A stretch of 64,000 nucleotides of DNA from a virus. Position numbers and translations under genes: made by a program. Where the stretch lies: IMG/VR virus record IMGVR_UViG_3300030090_003995, positions 23,980 to 87,979 of that record; one strand, 5' to 3'. The notes under the pieces are model-generated. The model saw only the letters and a list, made by a program, of their open reading frames with translations, was not told the DNA's origin and made no database searches. This document shows, piece by piece, positions 39,280-49,527 of the stretch (its first letter is position 1; each line of letters opens with the position of its first letter).

Positions 39280-39431
39280 TATTTTTCACCGCGTTTAATT
39301 TTTTGCATGATGTTTTCCATATATTCTTCAATTGTATCTTCAGTGATGCTTGTTTGACCAAACGCCGCAAAAAATAAAATCGAAATGATACATAGGAAAA
39401 CTAACCATGCGAATACTTCACCTGTTTCCAT
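39279..39431 (-). CDS. small membrane protein (50 aa)
   Basis: Manual translation METGEVFAWLVFLCIISILFFAAFG...; GGTGAT RBS. Confidence 0.6.
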   Translation of the reverse strand: METGEVFAWLVFLCIISILFFAAFGQTSITEDTIEEYMENIMQKIKRGEK

Positions 39432-39435
39432 TTTA

Positions 39436-40035
39436 TCACCACTCCATTTTCATTTCTACAAATTCTTCTTTTTCTATACTAAAGCCCTTAATCATGTTAT
39501 CTAATCCATGCATATACAAATCATACACCAATTTACAATCTTTAAGGCAATAGTCTACTACTTCTTGATATTCACCCGCTTTCCAAAGAGCAGGGGCCAT
39601 AACACTCTCTAATGATTTAGTTTCTCCCAATGTATTATCCACTAAATTTTGTAGAGAAAATCTTTCACCATATTGTTTAGTCAATTCTCTACTAGTGTCA
39701 ATATATTGCTCATCATTTAAAAACTTTCTAACACAATAAATATCCATTGAGTCTCTTAATACTGGCAAATCAAATGTAGCAATATTGTGACCCAATAGTT
39801 TAGTGCCACTTTTATACATATCATCTAAATCGTATTTCAATTGGCTCAGCGGTAGCACTTTAGTATTACCCTTTTCTATAACTTTATCAACTAATTCTTT
39901 TTCTACATATGTTTTTCCAATTGTTCCATCCCACGTTGCCACCGTCGAGACAAGAAACATATGAGTATTTCCCCAACCACCAATTTCCGTAGAAAGGTTT
40001 TTAGTTTCAATATCAAATGCAACTACATTACCCAC
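39436..40035 (-). CDS. DnaQ/RNase H-like 3'-5' exonuclease
   Basis: ExoI AFDIET, ExoII GHNIATFD, ExoIII YCLKD. Confidence 0.85.
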   Translation of the reverse strand: MGNVVAFDIETKNLSTEIGGWGNTHMFLVSTVATWDGTIGKTYVEKELVDKVIEKGNTKVLPLSQLKYDLDDMYKSGTKLLGHNIATFDLPVLRDSMDIYCVRKFLNDEQYIDTSRELTKQYGERFSLQNLVDNTLGETKSLESVMAPALWKAGEYQEVVDYCLKDCKLVYDLYMHGLDNMIKGFSIEKEEFVEMKMEW

Positions 40036-40039
40036 CCTT

Positions 40040-40270
40040 TCAGCCCCAAAGTTTGTTAAGTTCTTTTTGCTTATCTGACTTTTTATCAGGCATAATATAT
40101 GTTGCTTTTGCTAAGAAAAATACTATTTTTTCTCCACTAACATTTACAGTTGCGGTTGTTACCCAACCATCTTTACCTCTAGCGTTTAATGCTTCAATAA
40201 TGGCCGCCGGCCCTTGTGAAATATCAAACACTATCATATCATTTTCATACGTTGCTTTCATATTATTCAT
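40040..40270 (-). CDS. small hypothetical protein (DUF4177-like)
   Basis: LNARGKDGWV motif. Confidence 0.5.
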   Translation of the reverse strand: MNNMKATYENDMIVFDISQGPAAIIEALNARGKDGWVTTATVNVSGEKIVFFLAKATYIMPDKKSDKQKELNKLWG

Positions 40271-41741
40271 CCTCCTTTACCTTTACTAATACTGTTTTAC
40301 CATGTTTTTTAGTATCAAATTTATGTGCAATTTTAGGCCAAGTTCTATAAAATTTAGCGTGTGGAATGTTATACTTTTCTTCCAATTCTATTCTTAGCAC
40401 AGATTTTGTTACCCAACCATCCTCTTTCTTATCAGGAGAAATGTTGTAAAAGCAATTAATATAATCATTCATCCCTGCGGTTTCCGCCACAGTTTGCCGT
40501 TTTACCTTCAGTGCCGTAAGCATCCAAGCGACGAGACTCATATAACCTTGTCGGACAATTGCAGATGATTGTTTAACGTTTCTTGCAGTTACAACCCATT
40601 TTTCGGCATCTTTGCGACCCGGAGTTTCAGTGATAGCACACAATACTGCAAATTTAGTAATATAAATCAAAGAGTTTGTTTCAAACAAACTTACAATTCT
40701 TCTCACTTCATCAGGAACCTTTGTCAAAAATGCAACCATGTTATCGTATTCTAATTGAACCAATTCTTGAACACCATCACCCCAAATCATCATTTCTTCT
40801 GACGGACAATTAAAACGTTCATCTTCGGGCAAGTCGGCCATTCTATCATCAAAATCTAAAGCCAACATATCATGCCTTTCTTTTGCACATTCATACAATG
40901 TAACAAACGCCTGACTAAATCTGTTCTTTGGCGTTGTTCGTCGTTTAATAGTGCCAATAGAAGAAATTAGTTCTGAACGCATTTTATTCAATACTTCTTG
41001 TGGAACATCATTTACATATAAAAACATTCTTTGTAAGACACCCTTATCAGCAATAGTTTCAGTTAAGTGTTCAGGGAAATAAGAAGTTGCCCAAACCGAC
41101 CTTTGGCAATCAGTTGTGGCAATAGGTTTTCCTGTCAATACTCTTCTAATTAAATAACCATCAGTAGTTAGAGTATTCATCATTTTTTGAAAGAAAGTAA
41201 CCATACTATCTTTGTTTGACATTTTCTTGAAGATACCGCTACTTTCAAACTCATCAAAAAGTAAAAGGCCGCTACCTTCAATATGACCCTTAACTTCATT
41301 CCAAATTGTATCGGGTTCACCTTCTTCTCCCCTATCTGGATTTCTAACTTCAACATAACTACTTACTAAAGCAGAATCTGTAAAATCGACACAATCAAAT
41401 GTATCAAACTTTGTATCATGCCTTAATTCTACTTGTTGCCATGTAAGTTTAGCCACCTCATTTAAAAAATCATTCAATACAGATTTTCCACTACGTGCAG
41501 TTTGAATCCAACAAACGTGTATTCTAGTATCTTCAATTGTGAATCCGTAAGGAATTCTTACGAAATCTTTTGTTAGTTGGCCCAACATTGTAAAGTATGC
41601 TAAAATTGCTGGGAATTCATTATATCTTGACACTTGGCCGAAAGTTTCAGTCCAAGTATTCACTAATTCAGGTAATTTTTCTTGGTCAGATACATCAGTC
41701 CAATTGACTGTGTATTCTGATAAATCTACTTGTTCATTCAT
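40263..41741 (-). CDS. MCM-related AAA+ ATPase, putative replicative helicase
   Basis: Walker A TARSGKS, Walker B LLLFDE, Arg finger VLQRM, C-terminal winged-helix pattern. Confidence 0.65.
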   Translation of the reverse strand: MNEQVDLSEYTVNWTDVSDQEKLPELVNTWTETFGQVSRYNEFPAILAYFTMLGQLTKDFVRIPYGFTIEDTRIHVCWIQTARSGKSVLNDFLNEVAKLTWQQVELRHDTKFDTFDCVDFTDSALVSSYVEVRNPDRGEEGEPDTIWNEVKGHIEGSGLLLFDEFESSGIFKKMSNKDSMVTFFQKMMNTLTTDGYLIRRVLTGKPIATTDCQRSVWATSYFPEHLTETIADKGVLQRMFLYVNDVPQEVLNKMRSELISSIGTIKRRTTPKNRFSQAFVTLYECAKERHDMLALDFDDRMADLPEDERFNCPSEEMMIWGDGVQELVQLEYDNMVAFLTKVPDEVRRIVSLFETNSLIYITKFAVLCAITETPGRKDAEKWVVTARNVKQSSAIVRQGYMSLVAWMLTALKVKRQTVAETAGMNDYINCFYNISPDKKEDGWVTKSVLRIELEEKYNIPHAKFYRTWPKIAHKFDTKKHGKTVLVKVKEDE

Positions 41742-42436
41742 TGTTTCACCTTCTCATTCGAGTTTAATACATTATTAATTCTATCTGCTACTTTATTTCC
41801 GATTCCTTTAACTATTGTTAACTCTTTTAAATTACTATCTCCAATTTCCATAATACATCCATGCTCTTTCAATAAATTTTTCGCTTTCGTTTCACTTACG
41901 CCTTTAATTGTTGTCAACATATCCACTCTAACGTCATCAGTTGCTGTTCTAGTTGGTATTGACGGGTTAATCATTTTTCTTTCTATTGGGGCCATTTTTG
42001 CTATTGTTAATATTTCATCCACTACATCAGTAACATTATCTCTCCAAATAACACCAATGTCATAATCTAATCTAAGTCTACCAATAGCACCTTTGAATCT
42101 TAATTTATAAGTTTGTTTTAATTGTTGTGGGTTAACATTTGAATTTAGTTTTGTAATATATTTCATATTAGATAAAGCGTCATCCAATGAACCATAAATA
42201 ACTACAAAATTCTTATGATACCATTTATCCATATTATCTATTTGAGTCCAAATCCTGTTATTTATTACCGATTGCATAAAGTCAACCGCTGATTTGGCTT
42301 CAAAACATACGGTTCCAATAACATAATCACCAACCTCTAACCATTTTTTCTCATTTACAATTCCCATTTTATTTGCTCTCTGCTCTATTAATTTTGCTAA
42401 TTCTGAATTTTCTCTACTATCTATAATCAATTTCAT
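41738..42436 (-). CDS. XPF/ERCC4 endonuclease with HhH domain
   Basis: IIDSRE, LEVGDY, FEAKSAVDF, HhH repeats IKGVS and VKGIG. Confidence 0.9.
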   Translation of the reverse strand: MKLIIDSRENSELAKLIEQRANKMGIVNEKKWLEVGDYVIGTVCFEAKSAVDFMQSVINNRIWTQIDNMDKWYHKNFVVIYGSLDDALSNMKYITKLNSNVNPQQLKQTYKLRFKGAIGRLRLDYDIGVIWRDNVTDVVDEILTIAKMAPIERKMINPSIPTRTATDDVRVDMLTTIKGVSETKAKNLLKEHGCIMEIGDSNLKELTIVKGIGNKVADRINNVLNSNEKVKQ

Positions 42437-43446
42437 TTTTCAACCTCCGGATAACGCCAACATTTTCCTACACAATAACCTTCACTAATTAATTTTTCAC
42501 AAGTCGGTGCTAAATACCCACCATCATTTGACACAGTATATTGTGCATGATGACGAGTTACACTTTCATCCCAATCTAACCAAACCCCATCTTTAGAAGC
42601 AATATTCTTAATTTCTTCCATAATGATTTCTAACATCTTTTGCTGTTCTGCATAATCATAACACTTTTGGTTATTAGCCAATAATGTTCTAAACCATGAT
42701 ACAAGGTAAACTCTTGCTTCATGTGTTGGATTCTCCACCATGATGCTATTATTCAAACAAGGAATAATTGGCAGTTTTCCAACCCGCTCAACCGTAGCAA
42801 TCTCAATAGGTGCATACGCAAATAGAGGGGCATTGGGCCACGCGACCTTACTTTTTCCATAGCGTTTTGGCGCGGAGAAAGGTGGATTCTTCGCTAGAGC
42901 AATTATTTCATCCATAGTGGTCAATTGTTCCCGCGTTAAAGGAATACAATACAGAAAATCTTTAGTGTTCATATTCACTGTATTTGGAACCCTTCGCAAT
43001 CTTCGCGTTTGAACGCCCGATTTATCTAATGTCTTGTTTGTGGCAATAGGATAAAGTTTATTGAAAAACTGTTGAATATCTCTAATTGAAGATGCAACTT
43101 CGCCAAATACAAAAACGTGAAAACCGTTTCCACTAAAGTAGATTTCAAATTCATAATCTTTTTCAAGTAGATAATTCACGACTAGTTTGGTATCTTGTAA
43201 AGATAAATCCAAAGGCTTTCCATGTGAATCAAAATCTAAAAATAATCTATCTAAGATTACAGAAGAAGTAAATGCTTGACTATCCCCAAATCTTTTGTAA
43301 TCATATACGCTCGTATAACAATTCATTTTATTATTGAATCTTTGTAAGAACGTAGCAAACTCTTCTCTATCTTGAACAATTTGCCTTTTTAACTGTTGCT
43401 TTTTAGTTAAATGGCTACCTGCCCAAACTTCTCTTGGAAATTTCAT
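42433..43446 (-). CDS. archaeo-eukaryotic primase, PriS-PriL fusion
   Basis: FLDFD, FSGNGFHV, RRLRRVPNTVN; C-terminal PC...HEAR...TC....C...C Fe-S ligands. Confidence 0.85.
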   Translation of the reverse strand: MKFPREVWAGSHLTKKQQLKRQIVQDREEFATFLQRFNNKMNCYTSVYDYKRFGDSQAFTSSVILDRLFLDFDSHGKPLDLSLQDTKLVVNYLLEKDYEFEIYFSGNGFHVFVFGEVASSIRDIQQFFNKLYPIATNKTLDKSGVQTRRLRRVPNTVNMNTKDFLYCIPLTREQLTTMDEIIALAKNPPFSAPKRYGKSKVAWPNAPLFAYAPIEIATVERVGKLPIIPCLNNSIMVENPTHEARVYLVSWFRTLLANNQKCYDYAEQQKMLEIIMEEIKNIASKDGVWLDWDESVTRHHAQYTVSNDGGYLAPTCEKLISEGYCVGKCWRYPEVEK

Positions 43447-43862
43447 AATCTTTCAACACCTGGCGGTAAATCAGTTCCATCGGTATTTTTAGTTTTTTCG
43501 TATTTTGGTATCTGTTTTTTGTTAATTGTCTTCGGTTTTGGTGGTAAAGGTAGTTCTTCCACAATCCCTTTTTGGTCCTGTAATAGAGTTGGTGGGTCAA
43601 AACTAACAGTCGCAGATTCAAAGTATTTTTTGAATGCATCCATAACTTCTTGTGTTAGATATTCCATAGCCAAATTTTTATACAATTGACCAAATGATAT
43701 TCCATCAGCCACTTCAATTCTCTTACTCCATAAGTTATTAATCATATCAATAACTGTTATTTCCTCATACAATTCTTCAGCAACCCTTTTAGAAGTTTCA
43801 GTTAACTGCAATAATTCTCCAAATTTCCACTCTTTACTCATAATATATTCTTCAATGTTCAT
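43443..43862 (-). CDS. hypothetical protein
   Basis: ORF track; coupled to both neighbours. Confidence 0.6.
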   Translation of the reverse strand: MNIEEYIMSKEWKFGELLQLTETSKRVAEELYEEITVIDMINNLWSKRIEVADGISFGQLYKNLAMEYLTQEVMDAFKKYFESATVSFDPPTLLQDQKGIVEELPLPPKPKTINKKQIPKYEKTKNTDGTDLPPGVERL

Positions 43863-44788
43863 AACCATCCACTCCCTCTATTTAACTCTGCATCCATCGC
43901 CGCCGGACAAATACCAACATACGAACAATGCTCACATTTCTTATGAAAATAACTAGGCTTAAAATATCCATTTTCATATGAATAAATTAATTCAGCCAAG
44001 GATTTTTTCATTGCAGTTTCAGACCGCTTATTGACTTCTTCCACATACACATAATTACTAGCGGGATAATACCATCCCCAATGTGTTATTGTCCCATCCC
44101 AATCAGGGGAAGATTCCATTAGTAATTTATAATATGCCATTTCTCTTCTCATTGTTGTTTTCTTACTATCCTTCCAAACACCAGTCTTTAATTCAAAAGG
44201 AATAGAATATCCATCTTCCGTATAAACTCTATCAATGATACCTTGAAGGTGAACGATATAATCTCTACTTAAAGGGAATTTAGGGTTGTCATTTGCACCA
44301 ACAGTAATTTCTGCATTAAGCATAATTTCATTACCTTCAGGCATCCATTCTTCTATCTTATCTTGATTGCGAGCATCAACAAATCTTTGTGCCTCAAATG
44401 CGGCAATAGTATCTGTCATATCGGAATATTCAGTAATAGGAAATAATCCTGTAATATACTCGTTAACTTCTAAGAAAGACATATTTTCCATTTTATTAAT
44501 GTCTGCCTCTTTGTACATATCTTCATAAGCATCGTGGATAATAGTTCCTTTTAACATAGCCTCAGTTTGGTCTTGAGGTCGTCTATCAATATAGGAAAAT
44601 TCATATTGTTTATTACACCATTTAAAGGAACCAAGTGAAGATTTCGTAATTTTTAAAATTGGCTTATCTTCATCATCAGCCCATTCATGGTTCCATTGAT
44701 ATGTATATTCATCATCAGGTTTTGGAACAGGTCTAACCCATTCCCCATTTTCATTTTCGTGTCCGTATGTTCTTTCATAACTCATCAT
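43859..44788 (-). CDS. Cas4/RecB-like PD-(D/E)XK nuclease with Fe-S ligands
   Basis: KWC, GTIIH, GIIDRV, ELKTG, CEHCSYVGIC. Confidence 0.85.
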   Translation of the reverse strand: MMSYERTYGHENENGEWVRPVPKPDDEYTYQWNHEWADDEDKPILKITKSSLGSFKWCNKQYEFSYIDRRPQDQTEAMLKGTIIHDAYEDMYKEADINKMENMSFLEVNEYITGLFPITEYSDMTDTIAAFEAQRFVDARNQDKIEEWMPEGNEIMLNAEITVGANDNPKFPLSRDYIVHLQGIIDRVYTEDGYSIPFELKTGVWKDSKKTTMRREMAYYKLLMESSPDWDGTITHWGWYYPASNYVYVEEVNKRSETAMKKSLAELIYSYENGYFKPSYFHKKCEHCSYVGICPAAMDAELNRGSGWL

Positions 44789-45576
44789 AACCACTCTCCT
44801 AAACTTTTTTGATTTTCATCTACAATAAATTCTTTTACGTTCCAACCCATCGCTAGGAATATGGGTGACGCTTTTTGAATAATAGATTTTTGGGCATACG
44901 CATTCCAATCTACTAAAAACCTTTCATCAAACTCTTTCATCTCTTTCACCGCCACATATTTTGCTATTCGTTCTTTACCATTAGGTAGTATAAAATTTTG
45001 CGGACCATCAATATGTGAACACTCTATATAAAAATAAGAATCCGTAATTGGGTCATCGGGATTAATATGCTGATTGTAATAACATAGTCCTGCCGTTCCA
45101 CCTGATATAGATTTATATTCATCAATATTTCTTCGTAATCGACTACGTTTAACAATACCTTCTATACCAACTCGGCCCTTTCTAACATCATTATATCTGT
45201 TTTGGCAATATTCTAAAATTTCAGATTTAGATTTTTGTCCTGCCCACATTTTAAGTAACTCACCTTGAAACTCTTTTCCAACTTTATTTTCACTGATACG
45301 TTTAGTAGAATAACCAGTTACAACAAATTGGTGTTCATCTAAGTATTTACCATCTTTCCAAGAAATGAAGCCGGCATTTCTATTACGTTTAGCACCAACC
45401 CCAAGACCTTCATAATACTTTTCAAATTCTAAGGTAACTGGGTGATTTTCTAAACCCAAAAGATTTGGGAAATGTTCACGCATTTTAGAATTCAAAAGTT
45501 TACAAATCTCTTCTGCTTTATCTATACTCTCAATTGGAACATAAATTGAATCTGTGTGTGCATATACTACTTTCAT
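44785..45576 (-). CDS. polB: split family B DNA polymerase, C-terminal subunit (motif C + thumb)
   Basis: Starts MKVVYAHTDSIYV; LEFEKYY; KRNRNAG. Confidence 0.85.
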   Translation of the reverse strand: MKVVYAHTDSIYVPIESIDKAEEICKLLNSKMREHFPNLLGLENHPVTLEFEKYYEGLGVGAKRNRNAGFISWKDGKYLDEHQFVVTGYSTKRISENKVGKEFQGELLKMWAGQKSKSEILEYCQNRYNDVRKGRVGIEGIVKRSRLRRNIDEYKSISGGTAGLCYYNQHINPDDPITDSYFYIECSHIDGPQNFILPNGKERIAKYVAVKEMKEFDERFLVDWNAYAQKSIIQKASPIFLAMGWNVKEFIVDENQKSLGEWL

Positions 45577-45827
45577 TCTTCATCATCTCCTATCCATTTC
45601 CACATTCCCGGTTTTTTGTGAAATCTACAAAGTTGAATATACTCAACATTGGGGTTTTGTTTTAAGAGATTAGTTAATCTACCAATAGTTACTTGATGAC
45701 TTGTTTTACCATAACCATTCATATTGGGGTAATTATTTAGTATTACCAATAACTCATTTGTATAAAACTCCCTAAGTTTCCACGCTTCTTTATTAATTCG
45801 CTGTTTTACAATTTTATGTCTAACCAT
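45573..45827 (-). CDS. small basic protein inserted between the polB halves
   Basis: Overlaps both polB genes; winged-helix-like pattern. Confidence 0.6.
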   Translation of the reverse strand: MVRHKIVKQRINKEAWKLREFYTNELLVILNNYPNMNGYGKTSHQVTIGRLTNLLKQNPNVEYIQLCRFHKKPGMWKWIGDDEE

Positions 45828-47475
45828 CTAATCCTCTCACAATAAATGCCGCTTCTCTAATTGCTTCTCTTGCACTTGCAGTAATGGCCGCCGCTAATGT
45901 TACATTAGCCCAACCAAATCCTTGATAGGCAATAATTCCATAAAATGATGCCATAAGGCGTTTTACAGCCATTTGACTATTCTCCCACTTAGTATATTCA
46001 CGTTTATCAGTTGCGGCGTTTCTTCTACGTTTATATTCATCACGCAAAGTTTTTAATTCCAATACAGACCGAGGTAATAGTCCCAACTTATCTGTTTTGA
46101 AATAGACCATTTGCTTCTCGGTAACGGGCGAAAAATCGCGCGGTGTTTTCAAATTAACAGCAAAATCTGTTTTGGTTGGGGATATAGTTTCAAAACTAAT
46201 GTTTCTTGCCAACATCATTGATGGGTATAGTCCCGCATAATCAAATGCGGCAACCCCTAAATGTAATCCATTTGTTCCTTCACTCAATGGGTCATAAATT
46301 AATGCACCATCGTATTCTTCACGCATTTTAGATTTATCACCTGTTGGTGCTTTCCAATCAGCGTTACGCATGAAGTATATGCTACCCATATTTGAAGCAT
46401 AAAAACAGGCGTCGAATGGTGCGATTAGAAGCCTTTGTAGAGACAATATCCCTTCTGATAATCCCATCTCATCATCTATACGGTGAAGTAATTCAACATC
46501 CACTCTTGCATATTCAAGGTATCTTTCTGTATCTTCTAACCAACCTCTCTTGAAAAACTCGTTTTTATCAGGGAATTTTTCTGATACTAACTTCTTTGTT
46601 CCCAATACTGTTTCCGATACATAGTCAAGTGCTAATGATGGTAATGTTCCACGTTGCGAATCATTCCATTGTCGCTCAAATGCGAGGTCAAGATTCAATG
46701 TTATACGCCCCCGTATAGGTTGTGATACCGGAGAATAATTGTCCACCTTCTCAGTTACCTCGTTATATTTTACACCCTTAACTTCATTATACGGTGAAAG
46801 CCCTCTTGGGTCAATACCGTTATGGTGCATCCTATGAATCAATTTAGGTAAATCGAATTTAAGCCCAAACCACGCAATAAGCATATCAGGGTCTTGTTCT
46901 CGAATATCAGATAGGAATGCCTCAAGCATTTTCTTTTCACTATCATAACAATCTCCTAAAGAAGCAATATATCCGTTCTGAGGTTGCCAATAATAAATTG
47001 TATGTTTCTTTGTATAGTTATCATAAACTACAATACAAGTAATAGCATCACCATGTTCAGGGTCATCAGTAATCCATTCCATATCCCAATACCATTTGCG
47101 TAAATTATATTCTTTTAATTCTGATAATTCATCTACACAATAACGATTGTGAAAAGGTACATCGGCTTCATAAGTTTTAGACCAATGTTTTCTAGCCTTG
47201 TAAATGTCAGATGGTCTAGCAACAATAACCTTTTTTAATGACTTTCCGTGAAGGTTTCTCCAATCACCATATTCATATTTATATGGCATTTCTAATTTAA
47301 CTCTACGCCCATCAACATTCATATTAATTTGATAAAACGCAGGCTCATCTGAATTAGCAGAAACAAAGAAATAAGGCTCAAAATCCTGAACAGTTTCTTC
47401 TTGTCGCTTTTCATCTTCTCGCCACCTTAAATGTATTTTACCATCATTCTCAGTTTGACAAATAATCATACTCAT
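45820..47475 (-). CDS. polB: split family B DNA polymerase, N-terminal subunit (exonuclease + motifs A and B)
   Basis: YEADVPF, WDMEW, KFDLP, YARVD, FDYAGLYPS, KRLMASFYG. Confidence 0.9.
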   Translation of the reverse strand: MSMIICQTENDGKIHLRWREDEKRQEETVQDFEPYFFVSANSDEPAFYQINMNVDGRRVKLEMPYKYEYGDWRNLHGKSLKKVIVARPSDIYKARKHWSKTYEADVPFHNRYCVDELSELKEYNLRKWYWDMEWITDDPEHGDAITCIVVYDNYTKKHTIYYWQPQNGYIASLGDCYDSEKKMLEAFLSDIREQDPDMLIAWFGLKFDLPKLIHRMHHNGIDPRGLSPYNEVKGVKYNEVTEKVDNYSPVSQPIRGRITLNLDLAFERQWNDSQRGTLPSLALDYVSETVLGTKKLVSEKFPDKNEFFKRGWLEDTERYLEYARVDVELLHRIDDEMGLSEGILSLQRLLIAPFDACFYASNMGSIYFMRNADWKAPTGDKSKMREEYDGALIYDPLSEGTNGLHLGVAAFDYAGLYPSMMLARNISFETISPTKTDFAVNLKTPRDFSPVTEKQMVYFKTDKLGLLPRSVLELKTLRDEYKRRRNAATDKREYTKWENSQMAVKRLMASFYGIIAYQGFGWANVTLAAAITASAREAIREAAFIVRGLDG

Positions 47476-47636
47476 TCCACCTTATCTACACAAGGTTCTT
47501 CAGTTACATAGGCAATACTTATTCTATTGAGAATAGCATTACCATCAGCGAAAGTTTTCAGACTATTAACATAAGCCTGCAAATCCAACACTGAATTAGA
47601 TTCAATCTTAAATGTTACAATTTTTCCATATTTCAT
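47472..47636 (-). CDS. hypothetical protein (54 aa)
   Basis: Manual translation MKYGKIVTFKIES...; TAATG and ATGA overlaps on both sides. Confidence 0.55.
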   Translation of the reverse strand: MKYGKIVTFKIESNSVLDLQAYVNSLKTFADGNAILNRISIAYVTEEPCVDKVE

Positions 47637-48400
47637 TATACCACCACATAAGGGGCTCTTGCTACCAACAAATTCTCATTTTGCAATACAAGTAAAGAAT
47701 CATCATTAAAATGACAATTAACTAAACCAGATTTAAATGCTACATGAATCGGCCCACTATATTCTACTGTTGCATCATTACCCCAAATCGCCATAGGATT
47801 TACGCTTTCAGTATATTTTTCACGATTTCCACTTGATGAAGAAATTACCACACCATTGTTTACAACACATAATTTGTAAACCCCATGCCCGACAGATTCA
47901 CAAGATTTGATAATTGCTTGTAGGCTTTCTGCCGGAATAATAAAACCTGATGTTATTGGAAATTCTCCCCATTTAATTTCATTTACAGGTGTAACATTAA
48001 CTGAAGCCCTGAAAAAACTGTCACACGCCCCATCATTAGAATGAGAGTGATATGTTGCAAATTCCGCAGTTTTCATATCTGAAGTAAACATAGCACCATT
48101 ACCTAAATGCAAAGTAACGTTTCCATCATTAAAATTCTTAAGATAATTCTGCGCCTTAGCAATATCAATAACTGCCCAAGATTCGTTTTCTACTTCAAAG
48201 GGAACCCAATAATCTACAAACGTCTGATTGTTAGCATTAATAAAATGATACCCCCGTTTAGGGGCATCAGGTTTGGCAACAATTTTAACTAGGGTTCCCA
48301 ATTTATCAGATTTTAAACCTGTTGATGTAAACCATTTCCCCTTCAATTCTACGGCATTAAACGCATCTTGGAAGGTTGCCTTATCAAGTGTAATTTGCAT
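47636..48400 (-). CDS. pcn: PCNA-like sliding clamp
   Basis: About 254 aa with a two-domain alpha/beta pattern; near polB and RFC; ends LLVARAP. Confidence 0.65.
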   Translation of the reverse strand: MQITLDKATFQDAFNAVELKGKWFTSTGLKSDKLGTLVKIVAKPDAPKRGYHFINANNQTFVDYWVPFEVENESWAVIDIAKAQNYLKNFNDGNVTLHLGNGAMFTSDMKTAEFATYHSHSNDGACDSFFRASVNVTPVNEIKWGEFPITSGFIIPAESLQAIIKSCESVGHGVYKLCVVNNGVVISSSSGNREKYTESVNPMAIWGNDATVEYSGPIHVAFKSGLVNCHFNDDSLLVLQNENLLVARAPYVVV

Positions 48401-49242
48401 CAAAGTTCACCCGTCTGCATTTCTTCAATCGAAGTCCAAGTAACATCCCCGTCATCAATAGTTAAGAAATCAAATGATTTTCCAACTAACTCAGTGTTCG
48501 TTTTACTTGCTACAATTGTTGCAGTAGATGTTTGCTTTGTTCCTAACTTATTAGTCTTAACTTCAATCACTTGGTTCATCTTATCCATTGTAGATTCTTT
48601 GATATTTACTACACGCCCAATGGGATTCGGGTTATTATGTGCATACTCATCCTTCATGTGAGTAATAAAATATCGGTCACATTCCAAACCATCAGTAATT
48701 TTTTCAATTAGATTTTCATACTCAGTGTTCCGCTTTCCCCACTTCATAGGCATTTGTTTAACTTCTGTTGCTCTCTTATCAATACCCATAGCATACCAAC
48801 AAAGACGCAACCATCGGTCGCACCCATCAAATACAAACTTTACAGTTTTTCCTTCAGCCATGTATTCTTTAGCAATAACAATAAATGCTTCTGCTCTTCT
48901 GACTGTTCTATCTAAATCGGGAAAACCTTCTTCATCCCGAACAATAGGGTTTAGAATTTTGATATTTGGGTCAGAATTCCAGTTTGTTCTCCATGTAGGT
49001 TCACACCCATTATCAAAATCTAATACCATAACAATAGCGTCTTCATCTAATTCTTTTGGTGTTCTACAATCTAATGCTAATCCTGATTTTCCTGTCTTAG
49101 CATCACCGTAAATTAAACAACAGAGGTGCGCCCTTTGTCTTTCTAAGAGTGCCTCTAATTCTTGAGTAACTTCTGCTTTAATTATTTCTAATAGATTTTC
49201 TTTTGACACCGCTTGTGTCGTTGTTTGACTTGCCCAACTCAT
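48400..49242 (-). CDS. Sak4/RadB-like RecA-fold ATPase (AAA_24-like)
   Basis: IYGDAKTGKS, VLDFDNG, FVFDG, FITH. Confidence 0.75.
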   Translation of the reverse strand: MSWASQTTTQAVSKENLLEIIKAEVTQELEALLERQRAHLCCLIYGDAKTGKSGLALDCRTPKELDEDAIVMVLDFDNGCEPTWRTNWNSDPNIKILNPIVRDEEGFPDLDRTVRRAEAFIVIAKEYMAEGKTVKFVFDGCDRWLRLCWYAMGIDKRATEVKQMPMKWGKRNTEYENLIEKITDGLECDRYFITHMKDEYAHNNPNPIGRVVNIKESTMDKMNQVIEVKTNKLGTKQTSTATIVASKTNTELVGKSFDFLTIDDGDVTWTSIEEMQTGEL

Positions 49243-49448
49243 TCTCTCATCTCCAATGTATCTAGTATTTCTTGTAATTGGTTTTCATACACTCTTCGTG
49301 TAAACTTTTTTCCACTTTTCATGTGAAATTGAATTTGGTATAATTCATCTCCCCTATCATCAGGTCTTTCATTTGATACCGAATTCCATTCCACCGCTTC
49401 AATTTCAGATTCTTCAATAATTGCTCTATGTACTTTAATAAAACTCAT
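49239..49448 (-). CDS. hypothetical protein
   Basis: ORF track. Confidence 0.6.
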   Translation of the reverse strand: MSFIKVHRAIIEESEIEAVEWNSVSNERPDDRGDELYQIQFHMKSGKKFTRRVYENQLQEILDTLEMRE

Positions 49449-49527
49449 TTAATCGCTTCCTATGGGGCTTCGCACCCCACCGAATGTCATTTGATGCGCC
49501 AACATTTACACACAATATTTGGTTTAA

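Noticed and set aside
39079-39370. Track ORFs 39079-39273(+) and 39188-39370(-)
   Set aside because: Two shorter, coupled minus-strand ORFs (TM protein and Zn ribbon) explain the region better.
45573-45827. Intron or intein explanation for the polB split
   Set aside because: No intein terminal residues or intron-like non-coding sequence; both halves have their own coupled start and stop.
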